Source: Camelus ferus
Lineage: Eukaryota
Direction of reading: 5' to 3'
Assembly (NCBI RefSeq): GCF_009834535.1
Contig: NC_045696.1
Location: 90,460,001-90,524,000, forward strand
DNA: 64,000 nt
Positions 12,690 through 23,899 of this stretch are shown piece after piece. The notes beneath the pieces were generated by a model. The model saw nothing but the letters and a program-made list of their open reading frames with translations, did not search any database and was not told where the DNA came from. A program made the translations under genes and the position numbers. Each line of letters opens with the position of its first letter. Position 1 is the first letter of the stretch.

Positions 12690-13145
12690 TAAGATTCTGG
12701 ATTTAAGTTTTGCCAATTTTGGGCAATTAATTGAGAACTGGAAGGCAGAGGTGCAGCAGAGCCTATATGGATGACTACTTCTCTTTGTTGGTAAGCACAG
12801 TCACAGAGGTACGTAGTTTCTCTGTAGCAGTATTAGCAGAACCCTGAGTGTCTCATCACTAGAGCTTTATGGGTATTGGGGGACAGGCAAGTGAAATCCA
12901 TTTTGCTTACATGCTAGCAGGTACACAACACTTTCGGAGCCAGGAGCAGCGGCAGCTTCCCGATTCAGTGACTCCTAACCCTGGAAGTGGAAGTTGCTCC
13001 CTCTGTGGTCTGAATCTGTGATATGACTTTGGGAGTCATTCCTGAAAGTTCAGTCTAGAATCTTGTTTCTTCAGCCATCACAGTGATTCTCTAAGCCATT
13101 TAATGCCCTGTAATAAATTGTTTTCTGCCTGTAATTGCTAGAGTA
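12690..13145. mobile_element. Ancient ERVL-type LTR relic (LTR16/LTR41-like)
   Basis: GC-richer block ending in tgccctgtaataaattgttttctgcctgtaattgctagagtaaattttgtttcccacaacc, a typical ERVL LTR U5 end. Confidence 0.55.
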
Positions 13146-13632
13146 AATTTTGTTTCCCACAACCAAATATCAATGTAGGTGGGCAGGTTATACGCTTATT
13201 TTTGTCAGCCTTAATTCCCATTCTAGGACTTCTGAATAAGATTGACTATTTCAACTACTTAATCATTTTTCTTTTAAGTACTCTTCACTATTTTTTCTAC
13301 TTTCTTTTCTTTCCCTTAAAAAGGCATAGGTTACTGTTCTTGGGAGTAAAAGGGGAATTTTTTTAAAAATTCAAGTTAAAAACAATTGAAGTCTTGCTGA
13401 TTGTGTTAGTCCTCTTTATAAAACAAAGACTACCTGAAAATAAAATAACATACAGAAAATATTGTTTGTCTTTTCTCCTAGATTAGAAGCTACTGGAAGA
13501 AAGGGAACGCATCTTGCTTGCTCTATCCATTGTACAAAATTATCTGGCCCACAGATGTTTCTGGATGGAACAATAACCAAAAAAGGATAGGAAAAGAGCC
13601 ATGAAAGACTTTTCAGCACTTTAAAAGCATTT

Positions 13633-14103
13633 AAATGGAATATTATGCCATCTTTAAAATCTCCAGACAGATATTTATGTACTGATATGGAAGGATTAGC
13701 AGGATATAGAGTATACCACCTCCACTCATGTTAAAAAATCCATGCACAAATGCTTATAAATGTATAGAATATATCCCTAGGAGGCTATGCAGCAAAACGG
13801 TACAGTGGTTGCATTCTGAGAGGGTGAGTAGATGGCTGAGGGCCAAAGGTGAGAAAGGAGTCTTTTTTTTTTTTGGTCTTAAAATAAGCTATTTTATTGA
13901 TGTATAGCACACACAGAAAAGTGCACAGATCAATCTTAACTGTACAGCTCAATGAGTTTTCCATCTTACCCATTTTTAAGTGTATAGTTTACTGTTAATT
14001 ATATCCATATTGTTGTGAGGCAGGTCTACTGTGCCTACTGTACTGTATGAGTTTTTGCCATAAACATGTATTACATATTTCAAAAACACACTTTTGAAAA
14101 TGT
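13633..14103 (+). mobile_element. Old L1ME-type 3' fragment inserted into a relic exon
   Basis: aatggaatattatgcc...gtactgatatggaaggatt...cagtggttgcattctgagagg...catgtattacatattt. Flanked by aaagcattt (13624-13632) and aaagcactt (14104-14112), a putative TSD at a TT/AAAA-like site. Confidence 0.6.
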
Positions 14104-16034
14104 AAAGCACTTTGATACTTTATAAAATAAAGTATTAACTGCCAGATGTTAGATGTTACTAAGTTTTATAGGTTTTTTAAAATTTTTTTATAAAGTTTCA
14201 TGGTGCACTTGTAAATATGGAAAACTGAAATGGGAAAAAAATTCTGCAATTCCAAATTCAATGTAAATATTCAGTTTGGGCTGTATAAATGTGTTTTTTT
14301 TTCATAATAGTTAAAAAAAAAGCTTATTTCTTGGCAATTCCCACTAACATGCTGTAAAATAAAGTATGCCATTTTATCTCTGTGAAAATCCTAAAGATTC
14401 TCAAATTTTGGTATTCATGGTAACATGCTACAAAGTTTTATGTTTTAATAAATTAGTATTTCTCAGGTGTTTCTAATTAGGCATTAGTTTTCAAAATATG
14501 CTAAGACAGAAGGTGTACTCCAAAAACTCTGTGTAGTTCTGATGTCTTATTGCCTTAAACTTGAATATAATTTCTGAAAATTGAATGCAGAAATTTGCTA
14601 TCTAGAATGTTTCAAATCATTAAATTGATTCTACCATAAATGGCGTAATGGTGAGTGTTTTAAACTTATCTAAAGGATTTATTCTTTTTGTTTAAACTAC
14701 TATGGTTAACTAAATTATTAAATTATTGCTTTGCATTTCAGAAGCAATATCTCAGCAGTGAAGTTTTACTAAAAATAAAGAACTAGGTGTCAATATTTCC
14801 AGGAATTATAATCTAGTCTTCTACTCAGAAAGCAGTGCCATTTCCCAGGTACCTCTGATGATACTACAAAGTATTAAAGTGAAAAAACGAAAAGGTGAGT
14901 ATTCTCTAAATAAATCTAATAAGGAGTCTGTTTATGAGAGTGTTTCCAGATGGTTTTGCTCTACAGATCTTGGGCAGTATGAACTGTTTTAAAGGAAACT
15001 GTTAAGTAGAAAAAGAAATGTATTCACGACTGACACCAGGTCCTCTGCATTCCTGACCGGCACAATAATGTTCAACCACCTCTGCATTAGGACCACTGCT
15101 GGTCTGGATAATTGATCCAGATTCTAAAAATTTGTAACACATCAGTACTCTTACTTCATGTGTTCTCCTGCCGTCACTCTTGTCCTTCACATACCATCCA
15201 CCAGGGGACACTGCTTTGACTACTTTCTAGCCTCCTTTCTGTTGACAAATTTTATGCAAAGTCACAAAGAGAAAGAGCTCTTCAGCATGTGCAGGCTGAG
15301 GATGCTCTTCATGCAACAGAATACAAAAATTTCAACAGGAATCCAAAAATTAAACTATTCTTAACCAAATTAGTAACTGAGTCTCTCAGAATGAAGAAAA
15401 TATTTAGTTGAATGATCAGCATTATCTACAGAAATGTACTAAATTCACTTAGGAAATATGATAAAATGAAGACACTAGAGCATTAGGTTTATTTACATAT
15501 TACTCATATTTCCTCCTTTCCAACTAAAAACAGACTAACATATTAAGGATTAATCAAGTAAAGATATTATACATAAAATGCAGAAAAATATTATACATAC
15601 AATGCAGAAAAATATTATAAATAAGATCATTTTCCCATGAATTTTTATAGGATTTTTAGTTTTGAATTTTTGTCTGATTGATAGGAGTGATTGGCATGGA
15701 AAACTTAACAGACTACTATTCCTAGATTTGCCACCTATTAAAAGTTTGAAATCACTATTTTAGCAGAATAATAGGCAACCAGCACTATGAAGAAGTTGTG
15801 ACAATTTAAAAATTAAATGGGTCAGTAGTTTTACACTTTCCCAAATCAAGACCTGAAGATCAGAGGTTAGTTTCAATTAAGGAATCAGAATTTGGTGTAT
15901 ACATCTCCCTAGTTTTACTTAAAGAGACAGAGTTTCAAGTAGTTGTAAAACCCATAAATGAGTTGTCTTAAGAATTTCTAATTTTTATTTCAAAAACCAG
16001 ATTATTCCAAAGTATTTCCTAGTTAGATGATACT

Positions 16035-16330
16035 CAGTGCCAGATGATACCAAGAAACTGAAACTACTGTTAATTTTGTTACTTGTACAAATGGCATTAT
16101 GGTAATGTAAGAAGACAATATTTTTCAGAGATGTATTTAGCAATACATATAAGTGAGATGAGAGGAAGTCTGGAATTTGCTTTAAGACATTTTGAAGACA
16201 GCAGCAGCAATAGAGATGAGTAAAGCAGCTGTAAATTTTGAAATTCTGGGTGATGAGGACACAGTATTGTTATACTGCACTACTTTTGTAGTATATATTT
16301 TAAACATTTCATAATAAAAATCTTTAAGGA
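16035..16330 (+). mobile_element. Old L1MC-type 3' end fragment
   Basis: ctactgttaattttgtt...ggcattatggtaatg...tctggaatttgcttta...ctgggtgatgagg...ctacttttgtagtatatttt...catttcataataaaaa. Confidence 0.7.
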
Positions 16331-17959
16331 ATAAAAAAAGGAATAGAACTATGTAGAGTTAAAGGATTTCATACCATCTGATGTTTTAGAATGGATGATT
16401 CAAGAGAGAGTCCTTTTGCTTAGATCCCCATACTCACTGGACACTTAGAGCTTAGAATACAGGTCCAAATGTGGAGGAAAAAAGTGTTCACTCTCATTAA
16501 TATGCAGTTACTTAAGAAAACCAGTCAACTTTCCTTTTAGAGATGTCAATGAGAGTCAAATGCAATGAAGAAAGATACTTCAGGGAATACAAGTTTTCTT
16601 CAGTGAATAAATGAGTATTAAACAGCTATTATTTTCCTATAGAAACAGAACACTTAATGAGATTTATTTTTCTGATTGCATTATACTTGGGCTAAAAATT
16701 CAACAACTAACTGTGGCTCGTTAAAATGTTGCCCAGGTTTCTCTTTATTTAAATAGGAGTAGGTATATTTATATGTACAGCAAATGCTAAAAAAAAATCT
16801 TACTTTTTTGGATGACATGAACAAAAGACTGTCTGTTGGAAAAAGCATTAAGACAAAAGTGGGCTCCCAGTCTGGCTTTTGCACCTGTCTGAGCCATTCA
16901 GGGAGAAATCTGGCTGAACCCCAGACTGAGTTCAACTCATGTCTACCCAAAACAGCAGCTGCTTGGAGATAACACTTTAAGATTTCTCTCGTTCAAGCTT
17001 GAATTTTTAACAACGCCAAAGTCTCTTGTGGTAGCAAGAAGCTGTGTTAATATTTCAAAAATTAAGCTAATACATAGCTTGTTTTATAAAATATAAAAAG
17101 AAGAGTTATTATATTTTTCTATCTATTCATATTGTTCTCTTTCAAAAATGAATGTTTCATTCTTCTAGGAAAATAAATTAGAAAATATAACGATGCTTTA
17201 CAAAGTTCATATCCTATAAACTGGTCATTTTGTGTACATAAACTACTCTAAAGTAATAATTTGAAATGTGGTTAAAGATTTATCTGAAAAATATTCTTTT
17301 CACTTCGACAGGATGTAATATTTTGCAGCTACTAAATTCATGCTTTAAAGAATATCTAAAGATTAGGAAAATGTTTACGGTATGTGTTGAGGAAAAACTG
17401 TATTTATAACCATAAAGCTTGGTTTCAATTTTGAAAAAAATTTCATATCTAGAAAATAGAAACAAAATACACCAAAATAATGATAGTATCTAAAATCTTG
17501 GGTTGCATGATTTCCTTCACCAAATTTTCTATAGTTTACAGATTTCCCATGAGAATGCATTTTCATTGAATAAATGAGGAAAAATTTACTTATACTATTA
17601 TGATGACCATACTATCTCTTACAAGATTGCTGACGCAAACCACAATCAAACAGAATGAAACTTGGCACCAAACACATTTTTTCCACTCCATATTATTTAC
17701 CTATCAGAAGCTAGGAAATACCTTCCCCCACAAAAAGCCTTAACTCCTAGATTGATTTTGGGTCTCCTGGGAATATCAACATACAGTTTTTTTTTTTTAA
17801 GAGGCTGATAATATTTCACTTAAGAATAAGTTCCTGTTTTTAAGACTCTCTCAAATACATATTATATATATATTTTTCCCAGAGTTACAATTTTACTAGC
17901 CTGTACAAGAATATAGATACTTGTGCTTCTAAGTAAAAAAGGTTAATGCTACTTTTATT

Positions 17960-19880
17960 TCTTTCTTTTAAACATTTTTATTGATTTATAATCATTTTAC
18001 AATGTTGTGTCAAATCCCAGTGTTCAGCACAATTTTTCAGTCATTCATGAACATATACACACTGTCACATTTTTTTCTCTGTGAGTTATCATAACATTTT
18101 GTGTATATTTCCCTGTGCTATACGGTATAATCTTGTTTATCTATTCTACAATTTTGAAATCCCAGTCTATCCCTTCCCACCCTCCACCCCCCTGGCAACC
18201 ACAAGTCTGTATTCTCTGTCTATGAGTCTATTTCTGTCCTGTATTTACGCTTTTTGTTTGTTTGTTTGTTTATTTTTGTTTTTGTTTTTTAGATTCCACA
18301 TACGAGCGATCTCATATGGTATTTTTCTTTCTCTTTCTGGCTTACTTCTCTTAGAATGACATTCTCCAGGAGCATCCATGTTGCTGCAAATGGCATTATG
18401 TTGTCGGTTTTTATGGCTGAGTAGTATTCCATTGTATAAATATACCACTTCTGCTTTATCCAGTCACCTGTTGATGGACATTTAGGCTGTTTCCATGTTT
18501 TGGCTATTGTAAATAGTGCTGCTATGAACATTGGGGTGCAGGTGTCATCCTGAAGTAGATTTCCTTCTGGATACAAGCCCAGGAGTGGGATTCCTGGGTC
18601 AAATGGTAAGTCTATTCCTAGTCTTTTGAGGAATCTCCACACTGTTTTCCATAGTGGCTGCACCAAACTGCATTCCCACCAGCAGTGTAGGAGGGTTCCC
18701 CTTTCTCCACAGCCTCTCCAGCATTTGTCATTTGTGGATTTTTGAATGACGGCCATTCTGACTGGTGTGAGGTGATACCTCATTGTAGTTTTGATTTGCA
18801 TTTCTCTGATAATTAGTGATATTGAGCATTTTTTTCATGTGCCTTTTGATCATTTGTATGTCTTCCTTGGAGAATTGCTTGTTAGGTCTTCTGCCCATTT
18901 TTGGATTGGGTTGTTTTTTTTTTTCTTATTGAGTCATATGAGCTGCTTATATATTCTGGAGATCAAGCCTTTGTCGGTTTCATTTGCAAAGATTTTCTCC
19001 CATTCCGTAGGTTGTCTTCTTGTTTTACTTCTGGTTTCCTTTGCTGTGCAGAAGCCTGTAAGTTTCATTAGGTCCCATTTGTTTATTCTTGCTTTTATTT
19101 CTTCTAGGAGAAAATTTTTGAAATGTATGTCAGATAATGTTTTGCCTATGTTTTCCTCTAGGAAGTTTATTGTATCTTGTCTTATGTTTAAGTCTTTGAT
19201 CCTTTTGAGTTGATTTTTGTACATGGTGTAGGGGAGTGTTCTAGCTTCATTGTTTTACATGCTGCTGTCCAGTTTTCCCAACACCATTTGCTGAAGAGAC
19301 TGTCTTTATTCCATTGTATATTCTTGCCTCCTTTGTCGAAGATTAGTTGACCAAAAGTTTGTGGGTTCATTTCTTGGCTCTCTATTCTGTTTCATTGGTC
19401 TATATGTCTGTTTTTGTACCAATACCATGCTGTCTTGATGACTGTAGCTCTACAGTATTGCCTGAAGTCTGGGAGAGTTATTCCTCCAGCCTCTTTCTTT
19501 CTCTTCAGTAATGCTTTGGCAATTCTAGGTCTTTGATAGTTCCATATAAATTTTATTATGATTTGTTCTAGTTCTGTGAAATATGTCCTGGGTAATTTGA
19601 TAGGGATTGCATTAAATCTGTAGATTGCCTTGGGCAGTGTGACCATTTTAACAATATTGATTCTTCCAATCCAAGAGCGTGGGATATCTTTCCATTTTTT
19701 AAAGTCTTCTTTAATTTCCTTCCTCAATGGTTTATAGTTTTCTGTGTACAATTCTTTCACCTCCTTGGTTAGATTTATTCCCAGATATTTTATTACTTTG
19801 GGTGCTATTTTAAAGGGGATTGTTTCTTTACTTTCTTTTTCTGTTGATTCATGGTTAGTGTAAAGAAATGCAACTGATTT
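17960..19880 (-). mobile_element. Young 5'-truncated lineage-specific L1 (about 1.9 kb) with TSD
   Basis: Near-intact ORF2 C-terminal peptides ([16 protein letters not shown]...HCWWEC...), 3' UTR and T-rich tail. TSD atgctact-tttatt (17946-17959) and atgctactctttatt (19881-19895). Confidence 0.95.
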
Positions 19881-21678
19881 ATGCTACTCTTTATTATGCA
19901 GGGTCTCAGATAATTGACATAGCAGTCCCATCCATCAAGGGAAACTCCTTCCTTCCACTACACATGATAGTAGCATAAGCAGATTGTTATGACTCTCTTG
20001 ATCATAAAGTAATGTTCCTTAGTTTCAATGAGGTATGTGGGTCCATAAAGAAAATACATCAGATGATTTAAGTTTTGACACTAGAAATAATACAACATTC
20101 ACAAGAGAATCTTTAGGGCATGGGCCTTGACTTCTACAAATTTCTAAGAGACCACAGGGCTAGGCATATAGTAGAAAACGAAGAAATACTTGAAGAATGA
20201 ATTACATTTCCATAGGCAATTTTATTTTCCTGCCGTTTAGAAGCACAGTTTACAGTGGTGGTATGGCAAAAGGCTTTGATGTTAAAAGAGTTGTAGGAGT
20301 GACTATGGCTTCTTCCCATTCTGTAAGTACAGATGGTACCAAATGGCATTCCCTGACCCAGCAACTACGTCATAATCATGTTGTGCTCCCTGGCTCCTAA
20401 CTCAAGTTTGTACCTAACAAATCAAAGATGCCCCAAATGAACAGCCTAGCTTATCTAATAAGGTGATTTTATTTTATTTCCTGCCATGGCAATATTCTCA
20501 CTCAAGAAAATGACTATCTCAGTCAATGCCTATCTTATATGTGGAATGCATTACATTCACTTTCATCTCAGCGAATTGGTCAAAGCAGTATCCTCCCACT
20601 ACTTCCAAAGAGCAAAGTAAATAAATTTTAAAAATTAAAAACAGAATTATAGACATGTAAATGTTAGCCCCTGATGAAAGCAAGGAGATTAAAAAAAGTA
20701 ACATCCTGTGAATATATGCAGGGTTTCTTTAACAACCATATTGTGGTCATCACAATATGGCGCCCATATGGAGAGTTTGGGTGGCTTAAAGGAATGTTAA
20801 CAATTTATGATGAAGAATAAGGCTGATTTGCCAACCTGTTTCTGAGTCTTTATAACAGCTGATAAGTGGTAACACAGCTATTCTTTGTAGACTTGCATGA
20901 TCAGGATTTCATTTCTATAACTCAGAAGATTCAAAGTTTATGTTTCTGTACAACGTAGAAATTTCTAGGTTATACTACATATACGTAAACTTTTATATTT
21001 AATAATCAGTTTTTTAGGGTATAGGATAGATGTCCAAACCATTTTAACCTCAAATTAATTTTCCTATCCATCCATCCATATTTCTGTTCTTAAGCAAATA
21101 CAAATCAGAGGAGAAAGTAGTATTCTTGAGGGAAAGCTGCATGCCAGGAAGTGCTAGCTTTTAGTCTTAGTGCTTTTAACCAAATTACAAGTATTATTTA
21201 TTTTAAAAGATATATATGAAGGTATACTGTGAGGCAATTTTCACTGATAAAACTTCAGCTCTGAAACATATTATGATACATCAAAAAGTCTCAAATACAT
21301 AATAAAACACCAAACTTTAAAATATCACTTTTAAAGTTTCCCTTTACTTTTCTGATAAAATATTTAACATGTACTGTTACAGGAAGATGAACATTGAAAG
21401 TGAATATATTTGAATTCAAAGCTACAGATTTTGTTTTAAAATCCTTAGTGTTTAACAATTTGACCACTGTATTTACCCAGTCTTTACTTTTTGAAAAATT
21501 CAAATTTTATGTCCAAGAAGTATAAATTTTTTGTCTGCCACTTTTGATGAATTAGCAAATTGGTAGTGTGTGCTTGTTATTGATAACCCTGATTCTGAGC
21601 TAATGAATTATTTAGAAAATGGTAGCATTTAAATTAGAAAGTGCCAACATCAACAATAGCACCCTTTGAATGTAAATA

Positions 21679-22148
21679 CAGATCTTCCTCAACTTACGAT
21701 GGGGTCATGTCCTGATAACTCCATCATAAGTTGAAAATAACTGTACATCAAAAATGTACTTAATACACCTCATCTACCAAACATCATAGCTTAGCCTAGT
21801 GTACCTTAAATGTGCCCAGAACACATTAGCCTACAGTTGGCCAAAATTCTCTAAAACAAAGCCTATTTTGCAATAAAGTACTGAACACCTTATGCAATTT
21901 CTGTACTAAAAGTGAAAAACAATGGTTGTGAGTGGATGGGTTGTTCACCCTAGTGACAGCGTGGCTGACTGAGCTGGCTTGCTGCCTCTGCCCACTTCAT
22001 AGGAGAGCATTCTACCACGTATCACTAGTCTGGGAAAAGACTGAAATTCAAAATTTAAAGTATGGTTTCTACTGAATATGTATTGTTTTCACACCACTGC
22101 AAAGTTGAAAAATCTTAAGTGGAACCATTGTAAATTGGGGACCAGCTG
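21679..22148. mobile_element. Tigger5/MER47-like TcMar DNA transposon (MITE)
   Basis: Preceded by TA. Terminal inverted repeats cagatcttcctcaacttacgatgg and ccattgtaaattggggaccagctg, with internal catcatagcttagcctag...ccttaaatgtgcccagaacac. Confidence 0.85.
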
Positions 22149-23899
22149 ATTACTTTCAGCAATCCAGCAATCAACTAAATACCACATCAACTACAAACAG
22201 AGTAAACGACATCAGACTGTTATTAAACATTACTTACTGAATACTTTCTACATGTCAGACATTAAAATAGCCACTAGGGACCAGACCCAAAATGTTAGCA
22301 ATTGGGATATTTATATAAAAGATGATAAGCATGGAACCTTTCTGTGTTCCTTAAGGTTAGTTGATGATTTAATAAGGAACCTGTCATCGTTATGAATTCC
22401 TTATGTTAAGTAATGGATACTCATTTTGTTTGGGGTTCGGGTAACAGGAGTGGGACAAATGACAGATTACTAAACTCATATTCTCTTTCTCCATTACCTC
22501 CCCTAATTACATTTATTCTCTATATTATTAATTGTGAAGCAAAAAAATTATAAGTATAAATTAGTTTTATAAAGTTAATTACAATAATTTTATCCCAAAT
22601 TTTTATGACATGGCTGCCTGCATTTGAAGAAGGCCACAGAGTGATGACTGAAAGACCTACTGACATGTAACTGGTGGTCCTATCTGTCCTAAGCTCAGGG
22701 CAAGAGTGTCCTTTGATGTATGCCTACTATTTGTGGTCTGTTACTATTTCTGACCCAGACTCTTGGGTTCATTGCCTTTGCTCAGAAATAGTCACCCAAG
22801 AGTTTAAATTACACTTCTGCTTGACATTTTAAAGAAGGTACTGATTATACATTCACGGTTAAGGTCATTGCTCTTTATGACATAATCAAGGACAATACAA
22901 CTCAAAAGCTTTGTCATAATCTTCTTAACTGTCACCCATTGTACTGATGTCACAATTACATAAGAACCACCTCAACAGCTCATTTACTCTATGGATATAT
23001 TTAGTCCCTACTCTCAGAGGGTTTTAAAGAGGAAATCATAATATACAATTTGAAATTTGTTAAAACGACACTGATCATAAACGTCCCAACCACTCCTAAA
23101 CAAGTTAACTAAAACAGTATAATAAATTTGCCTGAGTCCGTATACCCCTTAATTATAATGAATAACCTTTAGAGTAAAAAGTTAATCATTTAATTTTTCT
23201 ACATTAATCATTTCATCTTTTGTTCTGTTAATTTCTTTTCAATTATTACTTTTACATTTTGTTTTAATATAGTACTAACACATTTAAGCCAATATAATAT
23301 TTTCCTTCAAAAGCAAACAAAAATCTACATAGTAAACTTAATATTTTAACCTTTTAAAAAATGGTCTCCAAGTTGCATAAAGAATAGAAGTGATCAAAAT
23401 AAATTAAGACAGCAAGTCGAAATTCAAACTGGCAAAACACATGGGCAAAAAAGTAACACAATTTTTCCTGTTTTAGGGATCCAACTAGATTGTGTTCTTT
23501 TACATAATCGCTAGAGGAAGAACTAAAAAAAGACAAAACCCAGAAAATGAGATCATAATGCCACTAGTTTCTGGATGCCTTCGTTTTAAGGCACCACATT
23601 ATTTCACTTGGAACCGTTTACAGGGGTTGGCACTTGTTTACCTGAGGTGGTAAATGCACCCTCTCTCTGCTTCCCTGCCCTACTTTTGACAGAAAGAAGA
23701 GTCCCTTTCCAAACAAGGCTACCTTTGTAACAAAGTAAGCAAACAAAACAGTGTACCTGGCAACTTCCAACCACTTCGAGGGGAGAGACAGCACAACTCT
23801 AACTTAATATTCTTATAAACAAGTATAATGGACAATACTGTTTTTAAAACGCTTCCCTTTTCGAAGACTTGTCCTCTACTAAGTATTCCCTACCCCTCA

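Larger units (their letters stand above)
1899..20322 (+). pseudogene. Decayed multi-exon gene with several RGS-like domains, nested antisense in MLF1 introns 1-2
   Basis: Manual translation finds exon-like segments at about 1899-2158, 2279-2843, 3123-3313, 3733-3944, 4022-4256, 13482-14131, 14467-14650, 14742-14894, 14967-15486, 16001-16610, 16781-17065, 17169-17379 and 19902-20322. Most have pyrimidine-rich AG acceptors and GT donors, several consecutive pairs match in phase, and stops and frameshifts are scattered. RGS-like motifs include SLENLL..FKKLL..W, FFLAQ/EISIYYSFGCYFKAE, FDTL*NKVFLIRH*FSKYAKTE, LYKVHI..YINYS..FDRM*/NILQLLNSCFKEYLK and DFYKFLRDH. Confidence 0.72.

Noticed and set aside
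18081..19760. Long ORFs (up to 170 aa) on both strands
   Set aside because: They are L1 ORF2 fragments and their antisense shadows, not host genes.
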